Source: a virus
Taxonomy: Duplodnaviria > Caudoviricetes
Virus record (IMG/VR): IMGVR_UViG_3300042935_001404
DNA: 64,000 bases
Direction: 5' to 3' (one strand)
Every line of letters begins with the position of its first letter. Within the stretch, counting starts at the first letter, position 1. The translations under genes and the position numbers were made by a program. Shown piece by piece: positions 27,732 through 38,856 of this stretch. The notes under the pieces were generated by a model. That model was given only the letters and a program-made list of their open reading frames with translations. It did no database searches and was not told where the DNA came from.

Positions 27732-28213
27732 TTGATCCTATCACCATTGGTCTTGCTTTTACGGCTGCTCAACAATCGGTTGGGTATATTAAAAAAGCCA
27801 TTGCCTTGGGGAAAGATGTCAACAGTCTCTACGGACAGTTTGCCCGGTTCTTTGAAAACAGTGACGCAATTCACAGTGCTAATATAACAGCACAGACCAG
27901 CAACAGCATTCTCACTGACGGTCAGATTAGATCAATGTCAATACAAATTGCCATGCAGAGTAAGGCCCTACGTGATGCCGAAAAAGATCTTAAAGAAATG
28001 TTGATATATTCAGGTAATGGGGATGTGTGGGATCAAATGATGGCCGAACGTGTTCGCTTATATAAGGAACGTGCCAAAATACAAGCAGACTTAAAAAACG
28101 CCAAGATCAAAGCACAGGCCGACATGATAGACAGAGTACTTATAGGTATAAGTTTCATGGCAATATCTGTTCCTGTTGTGCTTTTCAGTTTTGCTATGAT
28201 GGTTCGATCTTAA
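27728..28213 (+). CDS. Coiled-coil protein with C-terminal TM
   Basis: MIDPITIG start; hydrophobic C-terminus; ATGA coupling. Confidence 0.75.
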   Translation: MIDPITIGLAFTAAQQSVGYIKKAIALGKDVNSLYGQFARFFENSDAIHSANITAQTSNSILTDGQIRSMSIQIAMQSKALRDAEKDLKEMLIYSGNGDVWDQMMAERVRLYKERAKIQADLKNAKIKAQADMIDRVLIGISFMAISVPVVLFSFAMMVRS

Positions 28214-28267
28214 AGAAAAGAAGTTGATATCAACATACAAAAGACCATTACCAATACATTTGTAAAA

Positions 28268-29383
28268 CTAATTAGCAGGGTCAAATGTTAAATTATAGTT
28301 GTTACCCCTAATGCCGTCAATCATGTTGGTATATCGGCGAAATTTATCATTTAGTTCAGAATCATACTGGTAGTCTTTGATTACATTAAGCACGTATGAT
28401 TTAACATCAGGCCTAACCGTCAAAGACTGCTCAATTTGATCCTTGAACCGAGCCATGTCAGCAGGTGGCACAGAATTTATTCTCATGTATTCTTCGCCGC
28501 CATGAAGAGAAAAGTGTAATTCAATATTTTGAATACAGCACCAATCTATCAGTGCAGGAAGAGAATAAATGCTGGTGTGCTGAAATGTATGATTAACCCC
28601 TAGTTCTAACTTTTCATTTAACACACTTTTTACTTTTTTTAAATTATTTTCAATGGTTAAAAAATCACTGCCAAATCGAATATAATCATTTTGTTTGCCT
28701 GTGCCTTCAAGGCTGATGACAAAATTAACAGACTTAAACTTTTTTAACAACAATAATGTTGCATCATTGATTGTTGTCATGTTTGTTACAAACAACAGTT
28801 CTACTGCGGGTGGGTCTGGTACACTGGATAGGATATCAACTAGTCCGGGCACCATAAAAGGTTCACCACCAGTGAAATGCAAGTATGTGACTGTGGGCAG
28901 AACTTTAAGATAAAACTCTTTAAATGCGTCGGAGTCCCACCACTTGTGCTCACTTGATGTCACACTCCAATTGACCCCAACCGAGTTATATTCTGCTTTA
29001 TTTTGTATGAACTCTGACCAAATGCTAGAACTCGAGTATGGACTGCACATGATACAGCGAAGATTGCAAAAATTTCCCAATTTAAATTCTACATGCCACG
29101 GATCTGTATTGGCAGCGTCGCCGTGACGTTTATTGGATGTTGTTCGCAAACTGCTGTATCCTAGGTTCTCGTCATACCAGCATTGATAACATCTAGGATC
29201 TTCTATGCCTGCATCAAGATCTGCTGCCAGGCTGTCCATTTCTACACGCCATTGTGAGTAATCACGAATGGTGTAGGATTTATGTCCATCGTGAGGTCTT
29301 TCACGGAATTGACAACATGGCAGTAGATTACCGCTGGTCTCTATACTCAATCCGTGTCGTGCTAATACACATGATTTAGTCAT
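28268..29383 (-). CDS. Radical SAM/SPASM-twitch protein
   Basis: PCCQF...CYQC; GNFCNLRCIMC; TGGEPF; start reassigned to MTKSC. Confidence 0.9.
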   Translation of the reverse strand: MTKSCVLARHGLSIETSGNLLPCCQFRERPHDGHKSYTIRDYSQWRVEMDSLAADLDAGIEDPRCYQCWYDENLGYSSLRTTSNKRHGDAANTDPWHVEFKLGNFCNLRCIMCSPYSSSSIWSEFIQNKAEYNSVGVNWSVTSSEHKWWDSDAFKEFYLKVLPTVTYLHFTGGEPFMVPGLVDILSSVPDPPAVELLFVTNMTTINDATLLLLKKFKSVNFVISLEGTGKQNDYIRFGSDFLTIENNLKKVKSVLNEKLELGVNHTFQHTSIYSLPALIDWCCIQNIELHFSLHGGEEYMRINSVPPADMARFKDQIEQSLTVRPDVKSYVLNVIKDYQYDSELNDKFRRYTNMIDGIRGNNYNLTFDPAN

Positions 29384-29384
29384 A

Positions 29385-29747
29385 TTATGCTGTGTGCTTT
29401 TCGATAACTCCATCCCACTCAGGGCCCGGATCCGTTTCCATATATGTGTTAACACGATTACGGATGTCGTCGTAGAAACTGTCTAGTTCTTTATTCCAAC
29501 TACCAATTAAATGTTCCAGTGCTTGATGGCAATAGTTCCAATCACGCTTTCGGTAATTTATTAACAAATTGTTATGAAGATTTGTTTTGCTTTCAGTCAG
29601 CGGCAACTCCATAATTGGAATCGTTTCAACCACACAGTATGCAGTTACCTCTGTATTTCCCGGGATGACGCGAATGGTATCCAATTCCAATACTGTATAC
29701 TTTTCTCGATAACTTTCAATTTGATCAGGGTCAATAATAATGTTCAC
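29385..29747 (-). CDS. Protein resembling the C-terminal tail/TPR-like extension of class III nucleotide cyclases
   Basis: LELDTIRV...VTAY, YRKRDWN, PGPEWDGVIEK; no catalytic core. Confidence 0.5.
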   Translation of the reverse strand: MNIIIDPDQIESYREKYTVLELDTIRVIPGNTEVTAYCVVETIPIMELPLTESKTNLHNNLLINYRKRDWNYCHQALEHLIGSWNKELDSFYDDIRNRVNTYMETDPGPEWDGVIEKHTA

Positions 29748-29773
29748 GGTGTGTTTCCTTTTAAATATGTATC

Positions 29774-30565
29774 ATGCAAATGACATTTGATTTAATTTCT
29801 GACTTACATCTAGGCCCTACGGACACATTTGATTGGACTGGATTGGCCACTAGTCCATTTTGCGTTGTTGCTGGTGATATTTCCATGGATGTTGAAATAG
29901 TGAAAGAAACGTTGGAGCATCTTGGCCAATGTTATCAAGCAGTATTTTATATCGACGGCAACAACGAGCATAGATATAGTTTAGATTCAATTTCGGGCAG
30001 TTATAACATATTAGAAGAAGCCGTTGCTGGAATAGAAAATGTAGTGTTTTTGCAAGACAATTGTGTGATTGTTAATAATGTTGCATTTGTTGGCACCAAT
30101 GGTTGGTGGACATATGATTTAGATCCGAGTATTGATGATGAACAATGCAGATTATGGTATTGCGATATTATGGATGTCAGCATGCCTGTTACCAGTGCTA
30201 TATACAGTATGGCGTATAACGATGTCGCTTACTTGAGAAACAGTATTAAAACCCTTCAAACACATCCAGATGTTACGTCCATTGTTCTTGTCACACACAC
30301 TGTTCCAACTGTAGATTTAATCGATCATGACATGGAAATTACGTCAACTTATAAGTTTAATGTAATGGGAAATTCTCTAATGCAATTGGCACTGGATGGC
30401 GATACAGAAAACAAAGTTAAAACATGGTGCTTTGGACATTACCACAATCCCATTGATCAGCATCAAAATGGCATTAGATACGTGAACAATTGCCGAGGCA
30501 GAGTTGAAGATTCTACAGAATGGACTCCAACATATTACCCCAAGCGCATTGTTATTGATCTTTAA
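29774..30565 (+). CDS. Calcineurin-like metallophosphoesterase
   Basis: SDLH, AGD, GNNEH, VTH, FGHYH. Confidence 0.9.
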   Translation: MQMTFDLISDLHLGPTDTFDWTGLATSPFCVVAGDISMDVEIVKETLEHLGQCYQAVFYIDGNNEHRYSLDSISGSYNILEEAVAGIENVVFLQDNCVIVNNVAFVGTNGWWTYDLDPSIDDEQCRLWYCDIMDVSMPVTSAIYSMAYNDVAYLRNSIKTLQTHPDVTSIVLVTHTVPTVDLIDHDMEITSTYKFNVMGNSLMQLALDGDTENKVKTWCFGHYHNPIDQHQNGIRYVNNCRGRVEDSTEWTPTYYPKRIVIDL

Positions 30566-30867
30566 CGCAAAGTTTCAGGTTCTAGTTTAATCTGCAACGG
30601 ATAATCGTTACTGCGAGCATCCAGTGTGACTTCGATGCCTTTTTGTTCGGCAATTTCATACGGCAAGATTGCAACAACTGCAGACCCAGAATTATGAATA
30701 TCTTCTGTAATTGTTACAGCAGTTTCTGCGGTGTATTCAAAGTGTTGTATCAAACTTTCAACTACAAAATCCACAGATGTTTTGTTGTCATTCAAGTAGA
30801 TAATTTTGAATAATGGTGGCTCACGCAATTCTACTTTTGATTTTGACACTGTATTTGTATCTGCCAT
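30562..30867 (-). CDS. clpS: Clp protease adaptor ClpS
   Basis: PPLFKIIYLNDNKTSVDFV...IHNSGSAVV...YEIAEQK...YPLQ. Confidence 0.92.
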   Translation of the reverse strand: MADTNTVSKSKVELREPPLFKIIYLNDNKTSVDFVVESLIQHFEYTAETAVTITEDIHNSGSAVVAILPYEIAEQKGIEVTLDARSNDYPLQIKLEPETLR

Positions 30868-30883
30868 TTTATATCCTTTATTA

Positions 30884-30906
30884 TGTGGGGGCACCGCGCC
30901 CCCACA
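30884..30906 (-). promoter_or_regulatory. GC-rich hairpin in clpS leader, downstream of TAAATA motif
   Basis: TGTGGGGGC-ACCGC-GCCCCCACA. Confidence 0.6.
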
Positions 30907-30921
30907 GTATTTACTATTATA

Positions 30922-31380
30922 TTAAGAAGTGTAAGTGATTGCAATAGCCTTTGGCCGGGCTTCTTCAGGAACTTCACGTCGTAGGTGAATGCTCAAGATA
31001 CCAAGTTCAAGATGTGCATTGCTGATTTCCACATGATCTGCCAGCTGGAATTCTCTGCGGAAACTACGCTCACTAATGCCTTTGTGTAAAAATGTATAAG
31101 AGGCATCAGGTGATTCTACAGTTTCGGCACTGTGTTTGCCTTCAATGATCAAGAACTTTTTGTCCTTGGTAACTGAAAGGTTGTCAGGGCCAAAGCCAGC
31201 CACAGCCACACTGATCATGTACTCGTCTTCATTCACTTGTACAATGTTATAAGGTGGATAGTTAGTGGTGGATTGTTGAGCACTCACACGCATGAGTTCA
31301 TCAAACATGTTGTCAAATCCGATACCAAATTTGTGAATTGCGGGAATATCAAAACTGCGAAGTGTTAATGTTTTAGTCAT
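30922..31380 (-). CDS. Small heat-shock protein (IbpA/Hsp20)
   Basis: NYPPYNI, AVAGF, LHKGISERSFRREFQLA, GILSI. Confidence 0.95.
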   Translation of the reverse strand: MTKTLTLRSFDIPAIHKFGIGFDNMFDELMRVSAQQSTTNYPPYNIVQVNEDEYMISVAVAGFGPDNLSVTKDKKFLIIEGKHSAETVESPDASYTFLHKGISERSFRREFQLADHVEISNAHLELGILSIHLRREVPEEARPKAIAITYTS

Positions 31381-31443
31381 TTGTTTTCTCCTTTATTAAG
31401 CAAGTTGACTATACTGTGTGGACCCGACCATCGGCATCCACAC
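31381..31443 (-). promoter_or_regulatory. Conserved structured leader, copy 2
   Basis: GTGTGGA-TGC-CGA TGG TCG-GG-TCCACAC ... CAACTTGCTTAATAAAGGAGAAAA. Confidence 0.75.
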
Positions 31444-31449
31444 GTATTT

Positions 31450-31478
31450 ATTATAACAAGATCAAATTATCTTGTCAA
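31450..31478 (-). promoter_or_regulatory. sigma70 promoter overlapping late TAAATA for hsp20
   Basis: TTGACA-17-TATAAT followed directly by AAATA. Confidence 0.75.
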
Positions 31479-33125
<1,647 letters not shown>

Positions 33126-33422
33126 TTATTCTCCTTTATTTACAATTGCCATTACATCGGTTTCGTACACGATGTTAAATTCTTCGTTGTCGACTTTGAC
33201 TTTTTGCACAGCAGTCTTGCTGAACAAAACACGATCGCCAACTTTAACTACCATTGGTACCAGTTTGCCATCTTCGGCAATACGGCCAAGGCCAACAGCA
33301 AGCACATCACCCTGGCTGGGTTTTTCTGCTGCCGCATCTGGAATAATTAGACCACTGGCAGTTTTAGTTTCTGCCTCGATCAAACGCACAACAATGCGAT
33401 CACGGATAGGGATTAATTTCAT
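33126..33422 (-). CDS. groS: Co-chaperonin GroES
   Basis: [33 protein letters not shown]. Confidence 0.97.
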   Translation of the reverse strand: MKLIPIRDRIVVRLIEAETKTASGLIIPDAAAEKPSQGDVLAVGLGRIAEDGKLVPMVVKVGDRVLFSKTAVQKVKVDNEEFNIVYETDVMAIVNKGE

Positions 33423-33455
33423 AGTTTTTCCTTATAATAAATGAATCAATAGAAT

Positions 33456-33484
33456 AGTATAACATAGGCCGATGGCTATGTCAA
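33456..33484 (-). promoter_or_regulatory. sigma70 promoter of groES-groEL
   Basis: TTGACA-17-TATACT; spacer is an imperfect palindrome. Confidence 0.75.
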
Positions 33485-33503
33485 CTGAACTGGGTTAAAA
33501 AGG

Positions 33504-33548
33504 TTATGTGCTGATGCTGTGATCAGGTGGTGACAGGTTTTTGATCAT
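33504..33548 (-). CDS. 14-codon micro-ORF MIKNLSPPDHSIST (not in ORF track)
   Basis: Perfect TATAAATA (33605-33612), leader hairpin and AAAGGAGA RBS directly upstream. Confidence 0.5.
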   Translation of the reverse strand: MIKNLSPPDHSIST

Positions 33549-33612
33549 TTTTTCTCCTTTAATAAGCAAGTTAATGTGATGTAGCCCCGAAGGCACTACA
33601 AAGATATTTATA
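33549..33612 (-). promoter_or_regulatory. Late promoter plus conserved structured leader, copy 3
   Basis: TATAAATA...TGTAG-TGC-C TTCG G-GG-CTACA...TAACTTGCTTATTAAAGGAGAAAA. Confidence 0.75.
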
Positions 33613-33630
33613 CCAAGAAATCAGAAACCG

Positions 33631-34830
33631 TTAAGAATTTTGTTGTTCTAGGTTAATGGGTGTAGCGACTTGTGTTTTATCAATGGCAATTTTTAAAATA
33701 TTTCGTGATTGATAATCTTTTAAGTTGTACATATGGGGTAGTAGTACTCGTTCAAGTTCTGTGTGCAATCCGCGAGCACCTGTTTTTGTGGTAATTGTAC
33801 GTTCTGCAATCAAGTCTATACTGTCGGCATCAAAGTCCAGGGCCACACCATCCTGGTTAAACAACCATCTGTACTGACTGACCAAGTTGTTTTTTACTTC
33901 TGTTAAAATAGTAATAAGTTGAGATTTGGTCAGTTCTTCCAACTGTATAATAGATGGGAACCGTCCCACAAACTCTGGAATCATTCCGTAACGTACCAGA
34001 TCGTCGGGTGTGATTGCTTCGGATACAGTTTCTTTGACAGTGCTGGCGCCAAACCCAATCGACGTGCCTTGTGTACGTGCTTTAATCACTTTGTCTAGTC
34101 CAACAAATGCACCACCTACAATAAACAGTATGTTGGCAGTGTCAATGTCAATTGTTTCACTGCTGGATGTTTTGCGCACTCCTTGATTTGGCACTTTACA
34201 ACGTGTGCCTTCGATCAGTTTAAGCAGTGCTTGTTGAACACCTTCGCCACTCACATCACGTGATACAGTACTGCTTTCACCTTTGCGAGCAATCTTATCT
34301 ACTTCGTCAAGAAAGACGATTCCACGTTGTGTGCGTTCAACATCGTTGCCGCTGGCGTGATACAATCTAGCAATCAAACTGTCAACATCGTCACCTACAT
34401 AGCCTGCTTCTGTCAGCGTTGTGGCATCTGCAATGACAAAAGGCACATCCAGGTATTTGGCCACTGTGCGAGCCATCAATGTTTTACCTGTGCCGGTTGG
34501 GCCGGTCATCAAGATGTTGGCTTTTTGTATTTCGTTTTCAGGATCTGCATTGCCAATACGTTTGTAGTGATTGGCAATTGCTACACTTAACACAATCTTG
34601 GCAGTGGTCTGGCCAATCACATATTGGTCCAGATACCGGTGTATTTCACGTGGATCTAACACTGACTCTGTTGTGGGTTTCTTGTCATGTTCTTTTGACA
34701 ACAGCAGTCCGTGACAGAATTCCACGCACTCGTTGCATATGCCAACATTGTGTCCTACAATTAGTTTGCCCACTTGATCTTTGTGCTTGTTACAAAAATT
34801 ACAATGCGTGGGTGTTGTTTTAGCGATCAT
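33631..34830 (-). CDS. clpX: ClpX ATPase
   Basis: C4 zinc finger CNFC...CNEC, GPTGTGKT, EAGYVGDDV, DEVDK, GVQQALL, IGF loop. Confidence 0.96.
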   Translation of the reverse strand: MIAKTTPTHCNFCNKHKDQVGKLIVGHNVGICNECVEFCHGLLLSKEHDKKPTTESVLDPREIHRYLDQYVIGQTTAKIVLSVAIANHYKRIGNADPENEIQKANILMTGPTGTGKTLMARTVAKYLDVPFVIADATTLTEAGYVGDDVDSLIARLYHASGNDVERTQRGIVFLDEVDKIARKGESSTVSRDVSGEGVQQALLKLIEGTRCKVPNQGVRKTSSSETIDIDTANILFIVGGAFVGLDKVIKARTQGTSIGFGASTVKETVSEAITPDDLVRYGMIPEFVGRFPSIIQLEELTKSQLITILTEVKNNLVSQYRWLFNQDGVALDFDADSIDLIAERTITTKTGARGLHTELERVLLPHMYNLKDYQSRNILKIAIDKTQVATPINLEQQNS

Positions 34831-34831
34831 T

Positions 34832-36427
34832 TTATTGTCCGGTCAAACGGCGTTCAATTTGTTCTTGTTCTGCTTCGCTCAACAGATCTGGATCGTATTC
34901 TCCCGAATCAATTTTCACAATCAAGTGATCAATGTAGGCTTCATTGTACGCATAGCGATTGTTTAATTGCTTGTCTACCTCTATCCAATTATTTCCATTG
35001 TACTTGTACAGTACACTTGGCAACCGATCAACACGCAAGAAAGTATCGCCTTTCTTTGGACTCAACGGAAATGACGTCCCGAATCCAGTGGTGTTTTCTT
35101 TTGCAGGTGCGTTGTCAGGAGTTGGTCCTAGGTAGTATTTGGAAGACATCCAAGGTAGCGTATCAATCTTACCAATTTCGTACAAACGTTGCTGAGTTTT
35201 TAATGTTTGTCCAGGATTTTCTTCTTTCCATCGACGTGCGGCTGTTTTGGCTTCAGCATCCATTCCGTCCAGGTGATCATCTTCTGTATCGAGTGCTTGA
35301 ATATCGGTGGCAACGACATTCGTGTTGACTTCTTCTGTTTTAACAATCCTGTCAGTAGGAACTTCTGCCACGGGTAAATCTTCGTTTGCGTCATGTTGCT
35401 CTCCATTTGTGTTACAATCTTTGTTGGGACAAAATAGTCCAATGCCTGGTGCGTCTACTAGTGTGGTGCCACATTTGGCACAGTCAATAGCAGTGTCTTC
35501 TGGAAACAAGGTGCTTTTAACAACCAGGTCTCCAGTTGGTAAATCTTTTACTAGGTCTTGTAGCTGTTCAATTTGTTCATCACTGAGTGGACCGTCATCT
35601 GCTTTGTACTTTTTTTCTCTGTTCCACTTTAGACTCTCAGTGGCAGCCAACAGCATCATGATGGCCAATGGATCAAACACTGTGACCAATATTATAATAA
35701 CCCAACGAACTGCTTTTTCTAATAGATTAGTGTCAGGGTTGTCACCATAGATAAGTGCGGCTATGTATTTGATAGGGCCAACTTCGGCTTCTACTTTGCG
35801 CACTTCAGCCGCGATGGGCGCACGTTGTTCGTTGAGTGCTGTGATTTTTTGTTGTGCTGTTGCAATGTCTGCAAGGAGGCGAGCACGTTCTTTCTGCTGG
35901 GTTCTGCGTATGCTGACAGCTTTGTCTGCCCCTTTTTCGTCCTGACTGCGACCCATAACTTGGTCCACAGCCTCATCCATCTGTTTGAGAGCTTTGCGAT
36001 TAGCATCTATGTTTTCTTTTTCGACCTTGATCTTCTCGTCATACAAAGCAATTTTGGCTTGTACATCACCGGATACCATACCTTGGTCCATGTGTGCCTT
36101 TGAAAGGAATCCAAAGATGCCCATACTAGTGATGACCATAAGCATAAACACTGCTGGCACCAGGTAAACCTTCATTAACCAGCGGCATTGACGCCAGTAT
36201 TCATGCAGCCACAGTGTGACTACAATTTTTGCCAGTTCCAGGATGCCGCCCATGATTATAATAGGCACCACAGCGGCAGCAAATATGGCCGCAAGCCCTG
36301 CAATAGAATACCAAGCCGCAATAACCGACAGGCTCAATGCTACTGCTAACGTAATCAAACTTAGAAACATAATGTAATATTTATCTATGTTAGTTCCATG
36401 TCCGGTGTACTTCGGCAATCCACTCAC
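34832..36427 (-). CDS. Membrane protein with coiled coil, CxxC...CxxxxC zinc ribbon and C-terminal repeat-like domain (likely start 36370)
   Basis: 3 N-terminal TM, FDPLAI motif, CAKC...CPNKDC. Confidence 0.75.
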   Translation of the reverse strand: MSGLPKYTGHGTNIDKYYIMFLSLITLAVALSLSVIAAWYSIAGLAAIFAAAVVPIIIMGGILELAKIVVTLWLHEYWRQCRWLMKVYLVPAVFMLMVITSMGIFGFLSKAHMDQGMVSGDVQAKIALYDEKIKVEKENIDANRKALKQMDEAVDQVMGRSQDEKGADKAVSIRRTQQKERARLLADIATAQQKITALNEQRAPIAAEVRKVEAEVGPIKYIAALIYGDNPDTNLLEKAVRWVIIILVTVFDPLAIMMLLAATESLKWNREKKYKADDGPLSDEQIEQLQDLVKDLPTGDLVVKSTLFPEDTAIDCAKCGTTLVDAPGIGLFCPNKDCNTNGEQHDANEDLPVAEVPTDRIVKTEEVNTNVVATDIQALDTEDDHLDGMDAEAKTAARRWKEENPGQTLKTQQRLYEIGKIDTLPWMSSKYYLGPTPDNAPAKENTTGFGTSFPLSPKKGDTFLRVDRLPSVLYKYNGNNWIEVDKQLNNRYAYNEAYIDHLIVKIDSGEYDPDLLSEAEQEQIERRLTGQ

Positions 36428-36788
36428 GGCCGTCGTATTCGTCTATTTGCCAGTCTACAGAGGCAGGAATCTCTACAATTTTTAATTCAGCAAAATTACC
36501 ATTGGCTCGGGCTCCCAATTCACGCACCACAGACACCAGCACCGGATCATCACGTGGAATATCACTGCTGTACCAGATTTTTCCATTGACCAGAATTAGC
36601 GGACCATATCGTTCAGTGTCAAATCGACTTTCACGATCTTGTGTTGTATAGTCAGTCAGTGATCGTTTTAGATACAACAACTCGGCTTCTTGACTTAGTC
36701 CATACCCACCGTGGCATGAGTTAATGACCACATACCGAACGCCTTTGAGATAGCGTATGAGTCGTTCTTGTTCGGTTTCTTGTATCAT
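36390..36788 (-). CDS. Conserved phage hypothetical protein
   Basis: VVINSCHGGYGLS...RDDPVLV...WQIDEYDGREW. Confidence 0.75.
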   Translation of the reverse strand: MIQETEQERLIRYLKGVRYVVINSCHGGYGLSQEAELLYLKRSLTDYTTQDRESRFDTERYGPLILVNGKIWYSSDIPRDDPVLVSVVRELGARANGNFAELKIVEIPASVDWQIDEYDGREWIAEVHRTWN

Positions 36789-37249
36789 TCATCGAATAGA
36801 TATTCGTAATTGACCGATGTTGTGTTAACTTGTAATACCACTGCACCATTACGCAAATGAAAACGTCGAGCCATTTCTGTTTGCGGGCTCAATGTTATAA
36901 ATCGTTTAACTGGCATTGTATCTTTGATCAGTTTGGCAGCACCCAACACAAGTTCACGACCAGCACCAGGCCGGTAACTCCATACTGTATAAAATACTGC
37001 AATGTCGCCAATGGGTTCGTTGGGTGTGGCAGGAGTAGAAAACTTTTCCAGTTCACCTTCGTCAGTTGGCACTTGATTACAAAATGCCGCACAGATTACG
37101 GCCAGTACTTCATTTGTGCTGTCATCTTCTAATACAAATACTTCTCTATTGGGATCCACACGCCAAAAGGTCGGCAGATGTGGACGAACAGGGTCGTCCT
37201 TGATAAAATTTAAATAATAATCTGTTCGTACACTTTTTATTACGGCCAT
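36785..37249 (-). CDS. Hypothetical protein, possible GNAT fold
   Basis: FYTVWSY..GAGREL...LSP.TEMARRFHLRNGA. Confidence 0.5.
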   Translation of the reverse strand: MAVIKSVRTDYYLNFIKDDPVRPHLPTFWRVDPNREVFVLEDDSTNEVLAVICAAFCNQVPTDEGELEKFSTPATPNEPIGDIAVFYTVWSYRPGAGRELVLGAAKLIKDTMPVKRFITLSPQTEMARRFHLRNGAVVLQVNTTSVNYEYLFDE

Positions 37250-37250
37250 A

Positions 37251-37802
37251 TTATCCTAAATCTTGTGCGTAGTCATCTGCAAACTTATCTAACTTGTGTT
37301 GCTCGATTGCGGCTCTCAGTGCTTGTTCAACAAATTCATTAAATGTCATGTCCTGGTCATGAGCCATTTTCATGTATGTCAACAGTTCTTCGTCGCTAAA
37401 GTCCACTTGCATTTGTACACGAGTGTCGTAGACCTCGCCGGCCACAATGGCTTCTAGCTTTTCTAAAAAGTCTTGTTCGACGTCCAAATCAATGTAATCA
37501 ACATCGTCCCAGGCTTGATTGGCCGACTCGCCGCGTCGAATCGCCTCGGCCGCATTCTTGTCTTGGTACTTGAGGTTGATCAAGCGATATGCACGTTCGT
37601 GTGTATAGTCACACACTGTTACTTCATATACCTTTTGACTTTTGGTACTAAACACAATATTGGCACTCCAGCCGCCCGAACCGTGAACACCGTTCCACGC
37701 ACTCAGTTGATGCGAATTAGAACCGTAACAATTCCATCCGTAATCGCCGCCTTCGGTAACACGGTAATTAATAGCTTCCATATATTGTTGCATTGTGATC
37801 AT
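37251..37802 (-). CDS. Hypothetical protein
   Basis: 183-aa ORF with RBS; RHH-like C-terminus. Confidence 0.7.
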   Translation of the reverse strand: MITMQQYMEAINYRVTEGGDYGWNCYGSNSHQLSAWNGVHGSGGWSANIVFSTKSQKVYEVTVCDYTHERAYRLINLKYQDKNAAEAIRRGESANQAWDDVDYIDLDVEQDFLEKLEAIVAGEVYDTRVQMQVDFSDEELLTYMKMAHDQDMTFNEFVEQALRAAIEQHKLDKFADDYAQDLG

Positions 37803-37979
37803 TTAAACTCCCTTGTAGGCATCAAAAATAAGAGCTCCGCCGATTGTAAATCCCACTATAGCAAGTGCATAGTTACCTGTGACCAATGAACTTATTCCAG
37901 ATAGTACATTTACTCCGCCAATTGTAAGACTGATTTCTCTTCTATTGCGGCCAACCCATATAAAAAATTTATCTAACAT
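37803..37979 (-). CDS. Small membrane protein (58 aa, not in ORF track)
   Basis: My translation MLDKFFIWVGRNRREISLTIGG...FDAYKGV; fills gap, AAGGA RBS. Confidence 0.6.
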   Translation of the reverse strand: MLDKFFIWVGRNRREISLTIGGVNVLSGISSLVTGNYALAIVGFTIGGALIFDAYKGV

Positions 37980-38209
37980 TATTCTTCCTTTACAAAGTCG
38001 TATGATCGTTCAAATATAGGACCATCACAAATATATAACTCACCATCGATTCCACGCATTAGGTAATCACCAGGCTTGCCCTGTTTGTAGTTGCCTTCTA
38101 ACGTGTTCACTCGAAATTCTTCGTTGATTTGTTTGGCATGCACCACAATAGGCCGCTTGACACACGCACCCATAGATTCTACTTGCTCAAATGTGTCAAA
38201 AGTTTTCAT
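37979..38209 (-). CDS. PGDYG-like small protein
   Basis: TLEG...GKPGDYLMRGIDGELY. Confidence 0.7.
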   Translation of the reverse strand: MKTFDTFEQVESMGACVKRPIVVHAKQINEEFRVNTLEGNYKQGKPGDYLMRGIDGELYICDGPIFERSYDFVKEE

Positions 38210-38619
38210 TCTTCTTCTCCAGAATATACTACATTGCCTTCTTCGTCAGTTAGTTCCAGCGGACCTTGCAAGATATAATCTGTGTCATCATTGCGCCAAC
38301 CTAGTTCTTCCATACCGTCAAAGTAATCTTCGTTCCAGGCTGCTTCAATCTCTGCTTGTTCTTGTTCTGTCATGCCCTCAGGAAATGTCCAATCAGCCCA
38401 GCATCCATCGTCAAGGCTTGACAGTTCCCAATCGTAGTCGCTTTCGCTTAGATTGTATTCACCATCTTCTGGTTCAATTACAGGTTGGTCGTCACTTTCG
38501 CAATAGAATTCGCCCCAGCGCCAACCTTCTTCGCGAATGATTGTTTTGCCGTCTTTGCACCAGAACTGCTTTTCAACAGCACTTTTTTTGTGTAGGGTTT
38601 TGAGTGTCCAGGTTGCCAT
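38206..38619 (-). CDS. Acidic hypothetical protein
   Basis: D/E/W-rich ORF in operon. Confidence 0.7.
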   Translation of the reverse strand: MATWTLKTLHKKSAVEKQFWCKDGKTIIREEGWRWGEFYCESDDQPVIEPEDGEYNLSESDYDWELSSLDDGCWADWTFPEGMTEQEQAEIEAAWNEDYFDGMEELGWRNDDTDYILQGPLELTDEEGNVVYSGEEE

Positions 38620-38621
38620 GA

Positions 38622-38834
38622 TTAGTCATCCCGATCCATCTCTGTAGTTTCTTTGATCAGGGCCTGCAATTGATCCAATGCAGGAACCATGAGCTTGACT
38701 GTTTTGTAGTCGCCCTCACTGTCACGCCCGCCCACTTCAATCATGTATGCATTGTCATACATGTATACTTGAAACGATTCGCTGACCTTGACCAACTTGT
38801 CACTGATTTTGTTTACTGTTTTAGTTTTTGCCAT
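38622..38834 (-). CDS. Small hypothetical protein
   Basis: AAGGA RBS and promoter at 38857-38885. Confidence 0.7.
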   Translation of the reverse strand: MAKTKTVNKISDKLVKVSESFQVYMYDNAYMIEVGGRDSEGDYKTVKLMVPALDQLQALIKETTEMDRDD

Positions 38835-38856
38835 GATGTTTTCCTTAATAACATGT

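Noticed and set aside
33462-33480. Palindrome in the groES promoter spacer as a CIRCE element
   Set aside because: It does not match TTAGCACTC-N9-GAGTGCTAA and is imperfect; no further support
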